The notes under the pieces: model-generated
The model's database searches: none
What the model was told of the DNA's origin: nothing
Seen by the model: only the letters and a program-made list of their open reading frames with translations
Translations under genes and position numbers: made by a program
Shown: piece by piece, positions 24,216-39,105 of the stretch
How the letters are laid out: the number at the start of each line of letters is the position of its first letter
Numbering within the stretch: position 1 is the stretch's first letter
Assembly: GCA_963514005.1 (NCBI GenBank)
Contig: OY740797.1
Location: forward strand, 6,138,001-6,202,000
Origin: Raja brachyura
Lineage: Eukaryota
Direction: 5' to 3'
DNA length: 64,000 bases

Positions 24216-26199
24216 TGAACAGGCAGGAACTGCAGATGCTGGTTTACCCCGAAGATAGACACAAAATAACTCAACGGGACAGGCAGCATCTCTGGAGAGA
24301 AGGAATGGGTGACATTTAGGGAGAGAGAGAAGGAAAGGAAGGGTTATTTGAAGAAGGGTCTTGACCAGAAGTGTCACCCATTCCTTCTCTCCAGAAATGC
24401 TGCCTGTCCCATTGAGTTACTCCAGCATTTTGTATCTTTCAAGGATTACTTGAAGTTAGAAAAAAATCAATATTCATATCGCTGGGGCGTAAGCTGCACA
24501 AGCAAAATATGAGGTGCTATTCCTCCAATTTGCATTGCGCCTCACTCTGACAGTGGAAGAGGCCCAGGACAGTTGTATACGTGTATATACTGTATACACA
24601 CACTGAACTTTTGACTTGTGTATTATATTGTTTACAGTGTACTATGTTTATATATTATGTTGTGCTGCTGCAAGTAAGCATCTCTATGTTCTGTTTGGGA
24701 CATATGACACTGAAGCACATTTGACGTGTGTTATTCCTTCTCTCCAGAGATGCTGCATTTTGTGTTTCATCAGTTCATAAGTGATAGGAGCAGAATTAGG
24801 CCTATCAAGTCTATTCCACCATTCAATCATGGCTGATCTACCTTTCGCTCGCAAACCCCATTCTCCTGCCTTCTCCCCATACCCCTGACACCCATGCTAA
24901 TCGAGAATCTGTCCATCTCTGCCTTAAAAATATCCATTGGCCTCCACCGCCTTCTTTGTCAATGAAATCCACAGATTCACTACCCACTGTCAATCTTGTG
25001 GCTAGCTACCCCAGCAGTTGCGATTCAAGGCCAAGATTGCAATGATCAACATCTTAAATCATCTTTTATTCAACGTTGTCCAAAATGTAATGGTTAATGC
25101 ACTTCATACCAGTTAATTAAAGATTTTATTGACAGCTGTCATACATCCTGACACAAATACCAACTTCAGTGCAGAAATAATCCTATCCAATTGCAGGAGG
25201 AAAACCTATGATAGACACAAAAAGCTGGAGTAACTCAGCGGACCAGACAGCATCTCTGGAGAACGGAATCGTTTCTGGGTCTGGACCCTTCTTCAGACCG
25301 AGAGTTAAGGAAAAGGGAAACGAGAGATATAGATGGTCATATAGAGATATGTAGAACAAATGAGTGAAAGATGGACATGCATTACATGGATAGAACCAGT
25401 TTGGAGGGATATGGACCAAATGTGGGCAGGTGGGACTACTGTTACTGGGACATTTTGGCTGGTGTGGGCAAGTTGGGCCAAAGGGCATGTTTCTACACTG
25501 TATAACTATATGCAAAAAAAGTAAGGATGATAAAGGAAACAGGCCATTCTTAGCTGTGAGCTAGGTGTGAACGAGCCACAGACAATGAGACTGAACAAGA
25601 CAACTTTGAAGCTAGTATGACTTGGATGGGGGTGGGATGGAGAGAGGGGGGTTACAAGGGTTACTTGGAGTTAGGGAAATCAAAACATGCTGCTGGGTTG
25701 TAAACTGCCCAAGCGAAATATGAGGCCCAGGACAGAAAGGTCAGTTTGGGAAGGGGAATTAAAGTGTTTGGCCACAGGTAGGTCCAGGCGAACCTAGATT
25801 TGAAACTAAACCACTCTTTGCCTGATCCCTGGGAAGAGATTATTTTCGAGCCCGCATCTACAAAGCAATTGAGAGCAGAGTTCTGTTCAACTAGTTCTGT
25901 TCAGTTTCATTGGGTTAGAACCAAACATGTTTTTGATTCCTACCATTAAGCTGCATCTCAAAACCATGCTCTGATATTTGTAAATTCTTTATAGCTGTAT
26001 AATTCAATAACAAATGTGGCTTGCATTGTATTTTGGAAACCTGAATCCTGCTTTCACTGAGTCTGACGTGATTTTATCTTTCAATCATTTACGATGCATG
26101 TTTTCCTTATTTTAAGTAGGAACTGACATACATAGTTATTGGATAACTATGTATCCAATACGTATGTATTGTAGAGGCTCCAGAGGATGTTTATGATAA

Positions 26200-26650
26200 T
26201 AATCCCAGGTTAACCAAGTGTTTGAAAGCACTGGGCCTGTACTCGCTGAAGTTTAGAAGGATGAGGGGGACCACGTTGAATCTTACTAAATAGTGAATGG
26301 CCTGGATAGAGTAGATGTGGAGAGGATGTTTCCACTAGTGGGAGAGTCTAGAACCAGAGGTCGTGACCTCAGAATAAAAGGTAGTACCTTCAGAAAGAAG
26401 ATAAGAATGGATTTCTTTAGTCAGAGGGTGGTGAATGGGTGGAATTATTTGCTTCAGGCGGCTGTGGAGGCCAAGTCAACGGGTATTCTCATGACGGTGA
26501 TTGACAGACACTTGATTAGTGCGGGTGTCGGAGGTTACGGGGAGAAGGCAGGCGAATGGGGTTGAGAGGGAGAGATAGATCCGCTATGATTGAACGGCAG
26601 AGTAGATGATGTGCCAGATGGACTAATTCTGCTCCTTGAAGTTATGACCA
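26200..26650 (+). mobile_element. Degenerate CR1 3' fragment
   Basis: ORF 26293-26565 GLDRVDVERMFPLVGESRTRG..FFSQRVVN.WN. Confidence 0.8.
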
Positions 26651-26888
26651 CAATGCATGAAATGTTTAGGATAATTATTGACATTTATTTTTTTGTTTAC
26701 CCATTTAGGTGAACGACTTGTTGTGTTTACTGAAGAATTGAGTGTTTACTGAAGAATTGATTTTTTTCTCAATGAAATCTATTTAATGCATTCAATAATG
26801 TAATGTAGACATTGCTCTTGGTCCCAGCACTCGTAGCAACACGGTGACTTTGAGACACAGTCTAGGCTAAGCACCTGAAGTTTGCATC

Positions 26889-27392
26889 ATGAATACTGCG
26901 GCTACGTGGAACAAAGATAAACCCAACGTTGTGACTCGTGACGAGGCCAGATATTACCTCGTTGCTCAAGAATGCACCGCATTTGAAAAACCCACCCAAT
27001 CATTGGTCAGACTAGTGAAGGGGACCATGGTGTTGCTTTGCGACCGAGGTTCTCAGCTGCCAAACATTCACGGTAACAAGATCAAAAGGGGGTCGGTTAT
27101 TGTGCAATGCTTGGAAGACCCGTACACCATCATGCTCATGGACGAGAAGGAGTTGCAGGAAGTTGAGCCACGCATTGCTGAACTGCTGTTGGCTGTTTCA
27201 ACCAGTGAGGAGAGGCACGTTCTGTCCAAAAACAAAGCAAGGTTGCAGAAAGCTCTCCAGATTAATTGTGGGTCGAATGTCAATGTTCAGTTGAGACCCG
27301 GTGATGAAAAAATACCTGGAATCGTACGGTTTAAGGGACCGCTGCTGCAGAGTATGTTGCTGTGTGAAACGTGTTTTGGAGTGGAATTATTG
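26889..27392 (+). CDS. CYLD: CYLD first coding exon (168 codons; start of CAP-Gly1); exon likely begins at 26709
   Basis: MNTAATWNKD...YYLVAQEC...AELLLAVS...PGIVRFKGPL...FGVELL|GTAAGT; 504 bp coding, as recalled for human CYLD. Confidence 0.93.
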
Positions 27393-30300
27393 GTAAGTCT
27401 TTTCTGTGTTTTATACACTGTGTACATTTTAGAGTTTAGTGAAACTGCGCGGAAACAGGCCCTTTGGCCCACCGGATCCGCGCTGACCAGCGATCATCCT
27501 GTACACTAACATTATCCTACACACTAGCAACAATTTACAACTTTTTATCGGCCAATTAACCAATAATATGTCTTTGGAGTGTGCAGGAAACCGGCGCACC
27601 CGGAGAAAACCCCCGTGGTCACAAACTACATACAGACAGCACCCAAGGTCAGGATCGAACCTGGGTCTCTGGTGCTGTGATGGGGGCTCTGGTGGAGTGC
27701 AGCAATAAAATGTCTACATCTCCAGTCTAACTTGAATTATTGAACCCCGCTGCCTGTTGACTCCTCTGCTTCCATAATTATTCTGCAAGTCTTCTTGACT
27801 AGGAGCAATTCTTTCTCTGAAAAGAGACAGAGTGCTGGAGTAACGAAGTAGGTCAGGTAGCATCTTTGGAGAACATGGTTAGGTGATGTTTCGGGTCGGG
27901 ACCCTACGTCAAATTGATTGTGATTGGAGGGGAGAAAGCTGGAAGAGAGGTGGGGGCAGGACAAAGCTTGGTGAAGGATAGGTGGACAGAGGTAAGCACC
28001 AGTTACTAATCATTGATAACCTCTTCCCTGTCTTCTGCTGAGACTGCTTCAGCACAGGCTACAGGAAGGGAGTTAACACCTTTGAATAGCACCCCACACG
28101 TTGCATGAAATAATTAAGTGCTCAGAGATAGTACTCTTGATTCTAAATCGCAAAGCTTTTGGTTTTGATTAGATAGATACAGTATGGAACCTTGCCCTTC
28201 AGAATCGTTGCCTATCCACATTCTCCTGAGAAACTACCTGACCAACTTAGTTACTCCAGCACTTTGTGTCCCTTTTGAAATTCCTCGTATGTTGCAAAGC
28301 ATACTTGGCGAATAAAGTGTGATTCTGATTCTGATTGGTAAACCAGCATCTGCAGTTCCTTGTGTCTCTTCTCTTTCTGATGTGTTTTGTCAGTGCATGC
28401 TGATGGTCATTAATCTGTCTGTTAGTTCATTTGTCACAATCGTGCATTCGTTTAACGTGCTAATTTGCTATCTTGGTTATAATTAGTGGTTTATTAATAT
28501 GGCGTTGTTGAGCAAGATTCTGGAACGTATAAAATTAGAACAAACCGTTCAGTCGCAGTTAATTAGATCCAGCATTACAACAAGGTCAAGTGATTACATT
28601 ATTGTACTTATGGCATAGGACTTATTTATTCAGCAGCATAAAGTATTCATGGATTCCTATCTGTATATAAATCCAAATTGGTATTTTCTAAAGGGAAAAT
28701 AATTGGTCCAGAAACTAATGAAATATCTCAAAAAAAGAAATTGTTTTTAAAATAGAATATAATCTCTTTCATCCAGCAGGCTTGGTTCTTAATTACCAGA
28801 TTTTCTCATTTTAAGGTTGTTATTCCTATTAATCCACCAACACATTTTAAAACATTGTTTTTAGATATTAGACAGTAGAGTAATAAAATTGGTATGAAAC
28901 GGGTAATTAGGAATATTGGAAACAAGGCCAGGGTAAGTTTTAAGGGTACGTGAGAAATGAAAATGGACTCGTTTTGAGAGAACATAGGGTTTGGCTGTGT
29001 GAAAGGGAGCCTAGGAACCAGCATCAGGTGAATCCAATGTCCTAGCAACAGCATTTCTGAATGATTGGCTGGCGGATTATCAGAGTTTATCTATAAACTA
29101 TGGTCCTGACACAAAACGTCAAAAATCCACGTTCTCCGGAAATGCTGCCTGATCCGCTGAGTTATTCCAGCACTTTGTGTCTTTTTTGTTTGTAAACCAG
29201 CATCCACAGTTCCTCCAGCCTACATAGTAAACGACTACAGTTTTTAACTGGGATGTCCATTAAAATTTGATAGCAAATCTTAAATAGAGATTGTAAATTA
29301 AGAATGATGAAAGGATCGGCCATAACGGTTCAGAAAGCAAATGTCTCTCACCAGTTTTTTTTTGTTATTGTGTTGGTTGTCTTTCTACTCTTCCCTGTGT
29401 CACCACCTCCAGTCACCATCTCTTACTTTATGATTTATTTTTGTTTAAACCCCTATTTTCTTGTCATTTGCTTTATCTTTCTTTCCCTTTGGTTGGGACT
29501 TCCATATGGCTTGATGTGGTGGCCTGAGCTATGAGAACGTTCCCCAACCCAACACGTTCAATTCCCTCCACAGACGCTGCCTGATCTGTTGAGTTACTCT
29601 CGCATTTTGTGTTTTACCCAAGGTTCCAGCGTCTGCAGTTTCTTGTGTCTCCAAACTATACACTTGTTGTGATCAGAAGAATGTGTAGGCTGCGCCCTCA
29701 TCTACTGGCTTCCTGTCTGTATCATCTGTACTTCCTGTGGAATTCCCCAGCATTTTCAGTCACCATCTCAACTTGGCTGTATGGTAATTTGCATATCACT
29801 GTACCTTAATTGGTACATGTGACAATAAAATACCTTTGAAACCTTTGAGGGAAGGAGCGACAAGTGTAGCATTTCCTGTGGTTGCAAGAGAAAGTGCCAG
29901 GAGAGGGGGTGGTTAACTTTGAACTTCCTTACCCCTGCTCCATGACACTGATCTCATTATAGTTCAATGTCAAGCCCTGTTTGTACGACCTAACCTTACT
30001 TCCTCTTCATTGTTCTTCATGTTTTACATATTGTTTCCCATAACTAACTGTATGTTTACTCTGTTCTTCCCTCCCTAACCCTTATAGTCTCTTTAAACTT
30101 CCTGTCCATTTTCCATTAGGTCCGTGGATAAGAAAGGTTTAGAGGGATCTGGGCCAAACATGGCCAGGTGGGACGAGTATTGACAGGGTATCTTGGTTGG
30201 CATGGGAAAGTTGGGCTGAAGGGCCTTGTTCCATGCTGCATTAGTTGGGTTCCTCAAAGTTATCAAATTTAATTTCTTCTACAACTCTCCCTTTTGTGCA

Positions 30301-31699
30301 CTCTGGTTCTTAGCCCAGACCTCTGCCAAATTTCCAACCTTTTCTTCAACTGATATACTTGATAACACTGGATTTTGTTAGGAAATCCAGGCGCATCTGA
30401 AGCACTGGTCTGAGGAAAGGCATTGTCCAAGCCCAGGTTCTTTGTTCGAAGCTGATGATTTTAAATATGTTTGTTTGATTGGAGTTGCTGCCTTACAGCG
30501 TCTGAGTCCCGGGTTCGATCCTGACTGTGCGTGCTGCCTGTACGGAATTAGTATGTTGTCCCTGTGACCGTGTGTGATTCCTCCGGGTGCTCTCTGAGAA
30601 AACCCACCTTGTCATGGGAGAATGTACAAACTCCATATGGACAGCACCCATATTCAGGAGCGAACCCGGGTCTACAGGCACTGTAAGGCAGAAACTCTAC
30701 TCCTGCGCCACTGTGCCGCCCTTAGGCACTGTGTATTTTTTTTTGTAAACCAGCATCTGTAGTTCCTTGTTCCTCTCCACCTTTGTATTAATTTCCCTTT
30801 GCAATAAGCAATAACATTGTTCCCCTATTTGCTGTATTTTACCACTAGCCTTTTGACAATCATACACCGAAAGATGCAGAACCCTTTACACGTCAGAGCT
30901 AAGCAATCCCTCACCATTTGTATTTAAAACAAACATTTATGCCAAAATAGTGAAATTCTCCATGCTTTGCTATTTTCTTGTTGCGTATGGCGGGCACCAC
31001 CTAATGTTTTAAGACAACTTGTTCTGTTTGATCTTCTGTGTGTACATGCCAGGTTGATTGCATTCGTTGAAACAGGGTGGACACGTGAAGGTTGCTATCT
31101 CCCACCCCATGCTTTGCTATGATGTAAGGTCCTTGTCCTTTGACGATCCTATCTGTAGCCCTGAGTAACATTACTTCCTCTTCATAACTCACTTTCCTAC
31201 CTTTCTTCGATTTGAAAGCATTTTTAACTGCAAAAGGCACCAATATCTGCATGTTGAAATTATTTTTCACTTCAGACTTTTACAGAATAAAATTCTTGTT
31301 TTGAGGGCACAATGTTAATTTGGAAACTTCTGCTTTTGCACATATGACAACTTAGTGCCAGGGTAATTTGTTCTCATAGGAGCATTCTATTCTATGAAGT
31401 GTTTACAGTAAGTATTTTGATTTCATTTCCTCTTGCTTTTTTGTGAGTCAGATCGTGAAATTATTTCTAGGTGTATGCAGAGAATTGCAGTTGGTGGTTT
31501 AGAGAAAAAAGACGCAAAGTGCTGGAGTAACTCAGCAGATCAGGCAGCATTTGTGGAGAATGCATGGATAGGTAAGTTTTTAGGTCGGTCTGATGCGCCT
31601 GTCTGAAGAAGGGTCCCAACCTGAGATGTTCTGCAGGGATGCTGTCGGACCTGCTGACTTCCTGCAGCATTTTATGTCTTTTTCTAGGATTATGGAATT

Positions 31700-31799
31700 A
31701 ACCACGTGATTGTTTTTCTATCGCACATCTCAAATTGTGGAGTACAGAAGCAAATAAATAAATGATGGGTCTTTGTCCCAAGCATTGTGGAGGGCACTG
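31700..31799. mobile_element. Isolated Tc1 TIR fragment (same family as 39829)
   Basis: Ends TTTGTCCCAAGCATTGTGGAGGGCACTG|TA, reverse complement of the 39829 terminus. Confidence 0.7.
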
Positions 31800-33701
31800 T
31801 AGCTTGAGCCTGAAGAAATGCCTCGACCCAAAATCACCTGTCCCTTCTCTCCAGAAATGCTGCCTGACCCGCTGAGTTACTCCAGCACTTTGTGTCTTAT
31901 CTTCGGTGTAAACCAGTTCCATCTTGCACACTTGGGCATATCTTTAAGGTGAGGGTTCAAAGTTTACATCAGGTAGGCAGGACAATTTTTAAAACCGGGG
32001 TTAGTGGTTGAGGCAGATATGATAGTGGCTGTTATCATACCCTTGGATAGGCATATACATATGCAGGGAATGGAGAGATATGGATTATGCCTGGGTACAT
32101 AAGAGATGGTCTTGACATCATGTTCGGCACAATATTGTGGGCAGAAGCGTCTGTTCTTGTGCTGTTCTGTTCTATGTTCTATGGAAATGACTATAAATTA
32201 GCTGATTAATCCCTAGGGCTACATTGCTCCACTTTTTTTTAAATCTTGGTGAATACTAATGTAAAGACAGTTTACAGAAGCCAATTCACCTGCAAACCTG
32301 CACGTCTTTGGGGTTTAGGGGAGGCCAGAGCACCCGGAGAAAAACCACACTGGCACAGGGAGACAGTACAAAGTCCACACCACCAACATCCGTAATGTTG
32401 AAGGGGAGGTTATTATCTCACAAAAAGGAGTATCACCCAGAGCTGCACAGGATGGAAACAGGCCACCTTCAAGGATCTTTAGTACCCCCGTTCTTCAGTA
32501 TTGCCTTGGACACGACCATTCACCGTGTATATCCTAGCCTCCTTAGTACGTCCATAATGCTTCACCTCACATTTATCAGCATTAAACTCCACCTGCTGTT
32601 CTCTGACCATATCACCAATACATCGGCATTTGATAACATTATCATTTAGTGAACAATCTTTGAACCTCTTCCATAATTTGTACATCAGCCAACAAATGAG
32701 TGAAGCAAATTGGACATAAGTACTGTGCACAAGGTCTTGCATAAAGATAATTTTATTGATATTTAATCCTCCTAGCAGAGTGTACTAATCCATTTTCCTG
32801 AAGTCCTTCCAGCCTGATTAGTTATTTTAGTTCACAAATCTTTCAGTATTTCTCATGCTTAATAGCATTAAGATTGCGCCTCTTAAATTCCTAAGACTGC
32901 ATTTATTTGTTTTAAATTGAGTTGGTCTGATGCTTGCCCAGTTCCCATTACATCAGGATCTGTCTGTAATCTGCTGTAATTTGGTGCTCTTATCCATTTT
33001 AGCTTCAATACACAATGGCCATCCATTAATTTGTTAATTCCCCATTGCCTACTTGGCTGTGCTGAATTATTCATCAGGATCGTTGCTTCTCTTTTGATAC
33101 GTGAGGCTGTGTTGCGTGGGTTCTATTTTCTTCATGCATTTGATGGCAGGAAAACAAAATACATAAAAAATTTAAAAAAGACACAAAGTACTGGAGTAAC
33201 TCAGCGGTTAATTGATAGGCGACGTTTTGGGTCGGGACCCTTTTTCAGTCTGAAGGGACGGCACAGTTGCGCAGTTGGTCGAGTTGCTGCTGCACAGTAC
33301 CGGAGACCCGGGATCGATCCTGACCTCGGATGGATGACTTTGCAGAGTTTGCACCTTCTCACAGTGACCACGTGGGTTTTCTCTGGGTGTTCCAGGTTTC
33401 CTCCCACATACCAAAGACGTGCGGGTTTGTTGGCCTGTGCAGGATACTGCTAGTGTACGGGTGATCGATGGGCAGTGTGCACTTGGTGAGCATGTCCTCT
33501 GGTTCTCGATTCCCCTACTCTGGGCAAGAGACGTGTGTCTACCCGATCTATTCCTCATGATTTTGTACATGTGTTTTAATGTCTATGAATTTGTCATTGT
33601 TATTGTAGTTTGCACGTGTAGCCAGTTGTTTCATTTGTATAACATTTGTCAAAATATGCTTCAGTGAATGAATAACAATGTGTTTGTCACTGATTTAACA
33701 G

Positions 33702-34001
33702 GAAGACGGCCGGGGTCAAGGCTACACCGATGGCTCGTACAAAGAAAAACAATTGTTTGAGTGTGATGAGGACTGTGGAGTTTTTCTCCCCTTTGACAAA
33801 CTGGAGCTTGTGGAAGAGGAAAGTGGCATGGAACACGAAACTGTGATCACAGAGAGGTTTTGTTACAGTGAAAAATCTGCCTTGCCGATCAACTCCAGGG
33901 TGGGTACATTAATCGAGGATGAGTTCGTGCTTGGCACAGTCGTGTTCTGTGGTCTCCTGCCAGGAAAAGAAGACTACGGCTACTTTTTAGGCGTTCACAT
34001 G
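33702..34001 (+). CDS. CYLD: CYLD exon (CAP-Gly1 end / CAP-Gly2 start)
   Basis: EDGRGQGYTDGSYKEKQLFECDEDCGVF...GTVVFCGLLPGKEDYGYFLGVHM; ACAG/GTGAGA sites. Confidence 0.95.
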
Positions 34002-34519
34002 GTGAGAAGATTTCTTTCAACTGCATTCTGATATTATTTTCACTGTAGCGTGGAACATCATGTGGCTATTGAATTTCAGTGTCTGGGTAACTCGTTATCA
34101 CCTACCCCGCAGCCAACAATGGACCATTGTGGGCTCCACATTTCCTTGATCATTGGTTTTTCCATATCTTTCATTCACTGGTCTTATGTGCCGACTATAT
34201 ACCTCGGTTTCCTCTACCTCTGATTCTCAGTCTGAAGAAAGGTCTCGACCCAGAACGGGTCGGGACCTTTCTCCAGAGATGCTGTCTGACTCGCTGAGTT
34301 GCTCCAGCTTTTTGTATCTATCTTCGTATTAAACCAGCATCTGTAGTTCCTTCCTACACATCTTTCGCTTTTTGTTTTTTTTCAACCATTTGCATACTTC
34401 CTTTAGTTTAAAGATTTAGCACTCGCCAAGCCTAATGTTTCAGAGAAGCATACTAGCGTGAAATGTTTTGGAAATGAGGAAATTGGGATATTAACAGAGA
34501 AGCTATAGCGTACCATGGT

Positions 34520-34925
34520 GGACAAAATTGCTGGAGAAACTCAGCGGGTGAGGCAGCATCTATGGAGCGAAGGAATAGGTGACGTTTTGGGTCGAGCCCT
34601 TTCCTCAGACCCGAAACATAGAAAATAGGTGCAGGAGTAGGCCATTACGGCCCTTCGAGCCTGCACCGCCATTCAATATGATCATGGCTGATCATCCAAC
34701 TCAGTATCCTGTACCTGCCTGCTCTCCATACCCCCTGATCCCTTTAGCCACAAGGGCCACATCTAACTCCCTCTTAAATATAGCCAATGAACTGGCCTCA
34801 ACTACCTTCTGTGGGAGAGAAACGTCACCTATTCCTTCCCTCCATAGATGCTGCCTCACCCGCCGAGTTTCTCCAGCAATTTTGTCTACCGTTGAAATTT
34901 CCAGCATCTGCAGTTCTTTCTTAAA
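34520..34925. repeat. Palindromic Penelope-pLTR repeat with a CR1 tail inserted at its centre
   Basis: Inverted arms GCTGGAGAAACTCAGCGGGTGAGGCAGCATCTATGGAG / CTCCATAGATGCTGCCTCACCCGCCGAGTTTCTCCAGC; CR1 (-) at ~34618-34817 flanked by GAAAC. Confidence 0.8.
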
Positions 34926-37065
34926 CATAGCGTACTATTGAGTACTATAAGAAGGAATTTGTACTTGTCTAATTTTTTTAAGATCTTTTCAAGCCCTGAT
35001 GTTTTTTTCCCCAATGTTTTACTGTTGTAAGAAAATATTCAACCAGTTTTATGCTGACACAGTTCCACAAAATAACAATAGGATATATGGAAACAATATT
35101 TTTCTTCATCATCGACTATGTGTGGGCTGCAGCTATAGAAGAATTCACCTTCAACTCGTCGATTAGGATAATGGATCTTGTACTTTTGTACATGTGAATG
35201 CATGTTAAAACCTTATTCCAAAGATATTAGATAAAGTCAAGTGGCACCACCACTGTGCTGTGTGATTGAGTATCTGAAGAGAGGTTGCCAGCTGCAGTAT
35301 TGTCCACTTTAAAAGTGCGACCACTGTAAAAGTTAACACCACTTCTTTATCCTCCAAAAAATTCAAAAGTCCATTACACCTAGGAGCAGAATTAGGCCAT
35401 TTGGCCATCGAGTCTGCTCCGTTATTCGATCATGGCTGATCTATCCATCTCTGCTTTAAAAATACCCAATGACTTGTCTTCCACAGCTACCCGTGGCAAT
35501 TAATTCTAGAGATTCGCTACCATCTTCATTCTAAAAGTACATTTTTTTTAAATTCTGAGGCTGTGCTCTCTGGTCCTAGACTCCCATTACTGGAAACTTT
35601 CTCTCCACATCCACTTTCATTATCGAGGCCTTTCACTGTTTGGTAGGTTTGAGGTGTGTCAATTCTCTCTCTCCCCCCCCCCCCCCCCCCCCCCCAATTC
35701 TTCTAAACTCCACGAGTACAGGTTCAAAGCCATCAACCATCACTCTTATGTTAGCCCAATTATGGGTGCAATTATGATTACCTAAGCAAGAGTTTACTAA
35801 AACTTCTCTACTTTTGCAATTTTATTTTCTCTTTACGTGAAGGATAACAATTTGGACAGTATTTGTGGTTGTAGTTTCGTAACGTGCATATTCGCAGTCT
35901 TAAGAAGGGTCTCTACCCGAAATGTCACTTATTCATGTCCTCCGGAGAAGCTCCCTGATCCGCAGAGTTATTCCAGCATTTTGTGTTCTACTCATAATTT
36001 GGTAGTTCTTTGAAGACTGTAATGGTTTCTTGGTTATTAGCGTTAGATTCACTATACAGGATGCAGCATAACTAGTCCGCCACAGTATGAGTATTAGCTC
36101 ATCTGACTTGTACTCTACTGTTCTACAAGTGTAATTGACTGTTCCTACGACTTTGTTTCTCTGCATTGCCTTCACATCTATATTGAGTTCAGTGGGACAC
36201 TTGAACATTTCTTGACCATTTTGAGAGGAATAGATCGGATAGATGCATAGAGTCTATTTCCTTATTCTCTTTGCACTTAATTACACTAAATAATGTTACA
36301 TTTTACCTGCCATTGTTCTATTTTAAGTACTCAGCCCAATGTGTTCTGATTTTATTTTTGGTGGTGCTCTCTGAATTGCACGTCCTTTGTAGATTGAGGT
36401 CATCACCAAATTAACTTACTTTACAATGAGCTGCTAAATTCAACAACTGCGTAGATTGGAAATTGTACCGCATCTAATACTGAACTGCCGGATGCTCCTT
36501 CCATCCTCAAATCCCTTGCCACCCTTTGAGTAGTGGGGAAGAGTTAGGTTTAGGCTTATTATGAGGTCCAATGAAAAGCTTTGCTATCCATACATAAATA
36601 CAATCAAGTCAACCTCAAGTACAAAGTAGAAAGTGCAAAGGGGAAGATGCAGAGTGTAGAATATAGTTCTCAGCATTGTAGCGCATCAGTTCCAAAGTCC
36701 AATCTCCATAATGGGGTAGAGGTGAATCGGACAGTACCTAGCGTATGAAAGGACTGTTCAGAAGCCTGACAACAGAGGGGAAGAAGCTGTTTCTGAGTGT
36801 GGTGGTGTGCGCTTTCAAGCTTTTGCACCTTCTGTAGGACAGGGAGAGGAAGGAATGACCGCGGTGGAACAAGTCTAAGGGGAATAAAAGATTAGTCATG
36901 GTTATCAAGAAGAAAATAAAACCACCAAAGTGTGTGGGTAGTGAGTAAAAGCATCAAATATATATATATATTTACTTCGGTGTTATTACTCATTGAAGGC
37001 TTAGATACCTTTCGTTATAGGATCAGTATAAGAATGCTATTTAATAGTAAAACTTGTGTTTTCAG

Positions 37066-37165
37066 GACAATGGCTTCAGTGATTGGGATGGCACATGGAA
37101 AGGGAAAGTATTATGCAGACATTTGCATGCGATGGCTCTACTTTGGATTGAAGATGTCATGCCAG
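37066..37165 (+). CDS. CYLD: CYLD exon (CAP-Gly2 end): DNGFSDWDGTWKGKVLCRHLHAMALLWIEDVMP
   Basis: TTCAG/GTATA sites, phases 0/1 fit neighbours; aligns to human DNPIGNWDGRFDGVQLC...DIIP. Confidence 0.88.
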
Positions 37166-39105
37166 GTATACATCTTCAGATTTGAAAAGTTAAGAAAATT
37201 AATTCTCCAATGGAGACTTTCATATATCATTTATATTGTGCTTACGAAGTGTATAATGGTTCATGTGACACAATGAAAGAATACATTTTATAAATAGTAA
37301 TTTGGACACGATGCTCGCTCAGTTAGCTTCTTTCACTTTGTACAAACATCTCTTTCAACGTGACGGTACAGTGTTGAGTTGCCGTCTTTTGACACAACCC
37401 AGTGGTGCGGCTGGTCGAGCTGCCACCTCACTGCATCAGAGACCCGGGTTCCATCCTGACCTTGGGTGCTATCCATGCGGAGTTTGCACATTCTCCCTGT
37501 GACCTTGTGGGTTTCTACCAGGTGCTCCGGTTTCCTCCCACATCCTCAAGACACATGCGGGTTTGTAGGTTAATTGGCCCCAATGTGTGGGAGGAAACCG
37601 GAACGCCCCGGGAAAACCAATGCGGTTGCAGGGAGAACGTGCAAACGCCGCACAGACAGCACCCAAGGTCATAATCTTCTTCTTTCATTTAGAACCGTCC
37701 CGACCCGAAATGTCAACATTCATCTCCTGAGATTCTGCCTGACCCGTTGAGTTACTCCAGCATTTTGTGTCTTTTTTTTAATAAACCAGCATCTGCAATT
37801 CCTTGTGTCTACTCTTAATATTTTGTTTTTGCATTAAGTTCGTATTTTTGACTAGTGTGTCCACACGTAATCCACAAGTTGTTAACAGAGGCAAACAATT
37901 GTCTAAGATTGCTGTTGCAGAAACATTAGTGTATGTAGTAATGTTCTTTGTGATGTCACAGAGCTCTATCCTTTTAACAATCCATTTAGGTCAGTACAAT
38001 ATTGTCCACAATCTGTTTAGTGGATGATACAATTGAAGGCAGAGTTTCTTTCATGTATGTATTAGCGATTTTCAAGAATAAGGTAGAAACTAAATCCAGG
38101 AAAAAAATTCAAGTCAGAATATTTGTGTCTTCTTTTGAACAATTTCTACCCCCAATGGTTGAGATGAATGACTGAGGAAGATTTTATGTGAGAAAACTGT
38201 CTGGAAGGTGGCGAGGAACTGTTTCCTCTGAAAAGGTGTAACAATGGAGGAGAATTTAAATATCAAGGATAAGTCTTTCACCCAAGGGTAGTAAATCTGT
38301 AAGGTCTGATGGCCAGTTAAGGTCAATAGGAAATGAGATTCATCCGTCCATATTAGACAAGGATATTAAGGAATGTGGAATAAATGGAGCACAATGGGCC
38401 AATGATATGCATGGCTTTTGATTTAACGTTAGTTTTAAGCATGGTAGAACAAGCTTGAAATACTAACCTATTTGTTCTTAGGATTGTGACATTGCTTGAA
38501 ATGTAATGGAATCCAGTGAAATTATGAGTTTGTGATGGCAATATCATATATATCAAACAACAAACAGGATGACAATTTAAGATGTCATAATATTTAGGGC
38601 AGACAGCAACTAATCATTTTGAAATTATATTTTGGCTAAGAAAGGTCTATTAACTTTAAATATATTTGATATCCTGGAAAATATTACCAATTTAATTATC
38701 TATTTTATACCATAAGAAAAAAATACTCTTATACTGTTGTAAGAAAGAACTGGCAGATGCTGGTAAAGTCGAAGGTAAGACTGATCAGTCTGAAGAAGGG
38801 TCTCGACCCGAAACATCATCCATTCCTTCTCTCCAGAGATGCTGCTTGACCCGCTGAGTTACTCCAGCATTTTGTGTCCACAATGTTCTTATCATGAATG
38901 GCTTCCGTGTGTTTTTACTCATCCATTATATTATAGTATAGTAAATAATTTGCATCTGATGCATTTGTCAATTGGAATGAAAATTTGATATTTTTGACAC
39001 CAACTCCCATTGTCATAAATTTACAATTGTAAAAGCACTACAGGGACCTAACAATTGCTGATTGTTAACCTGTTGAAGATGCTCACTGTTCTGTCCATTT
39101 TTCAG

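Noticed and set aside
23748-24377. His/Thr- or Cys/Val-rich ORFs
   Set aside because: Translations of a TG microsatellite spanning an N gap.
37166-39105. Equivalent of the human 9-nt CYLD micro-exon
   Set aside because: Too short to locate reliably without transcript data.
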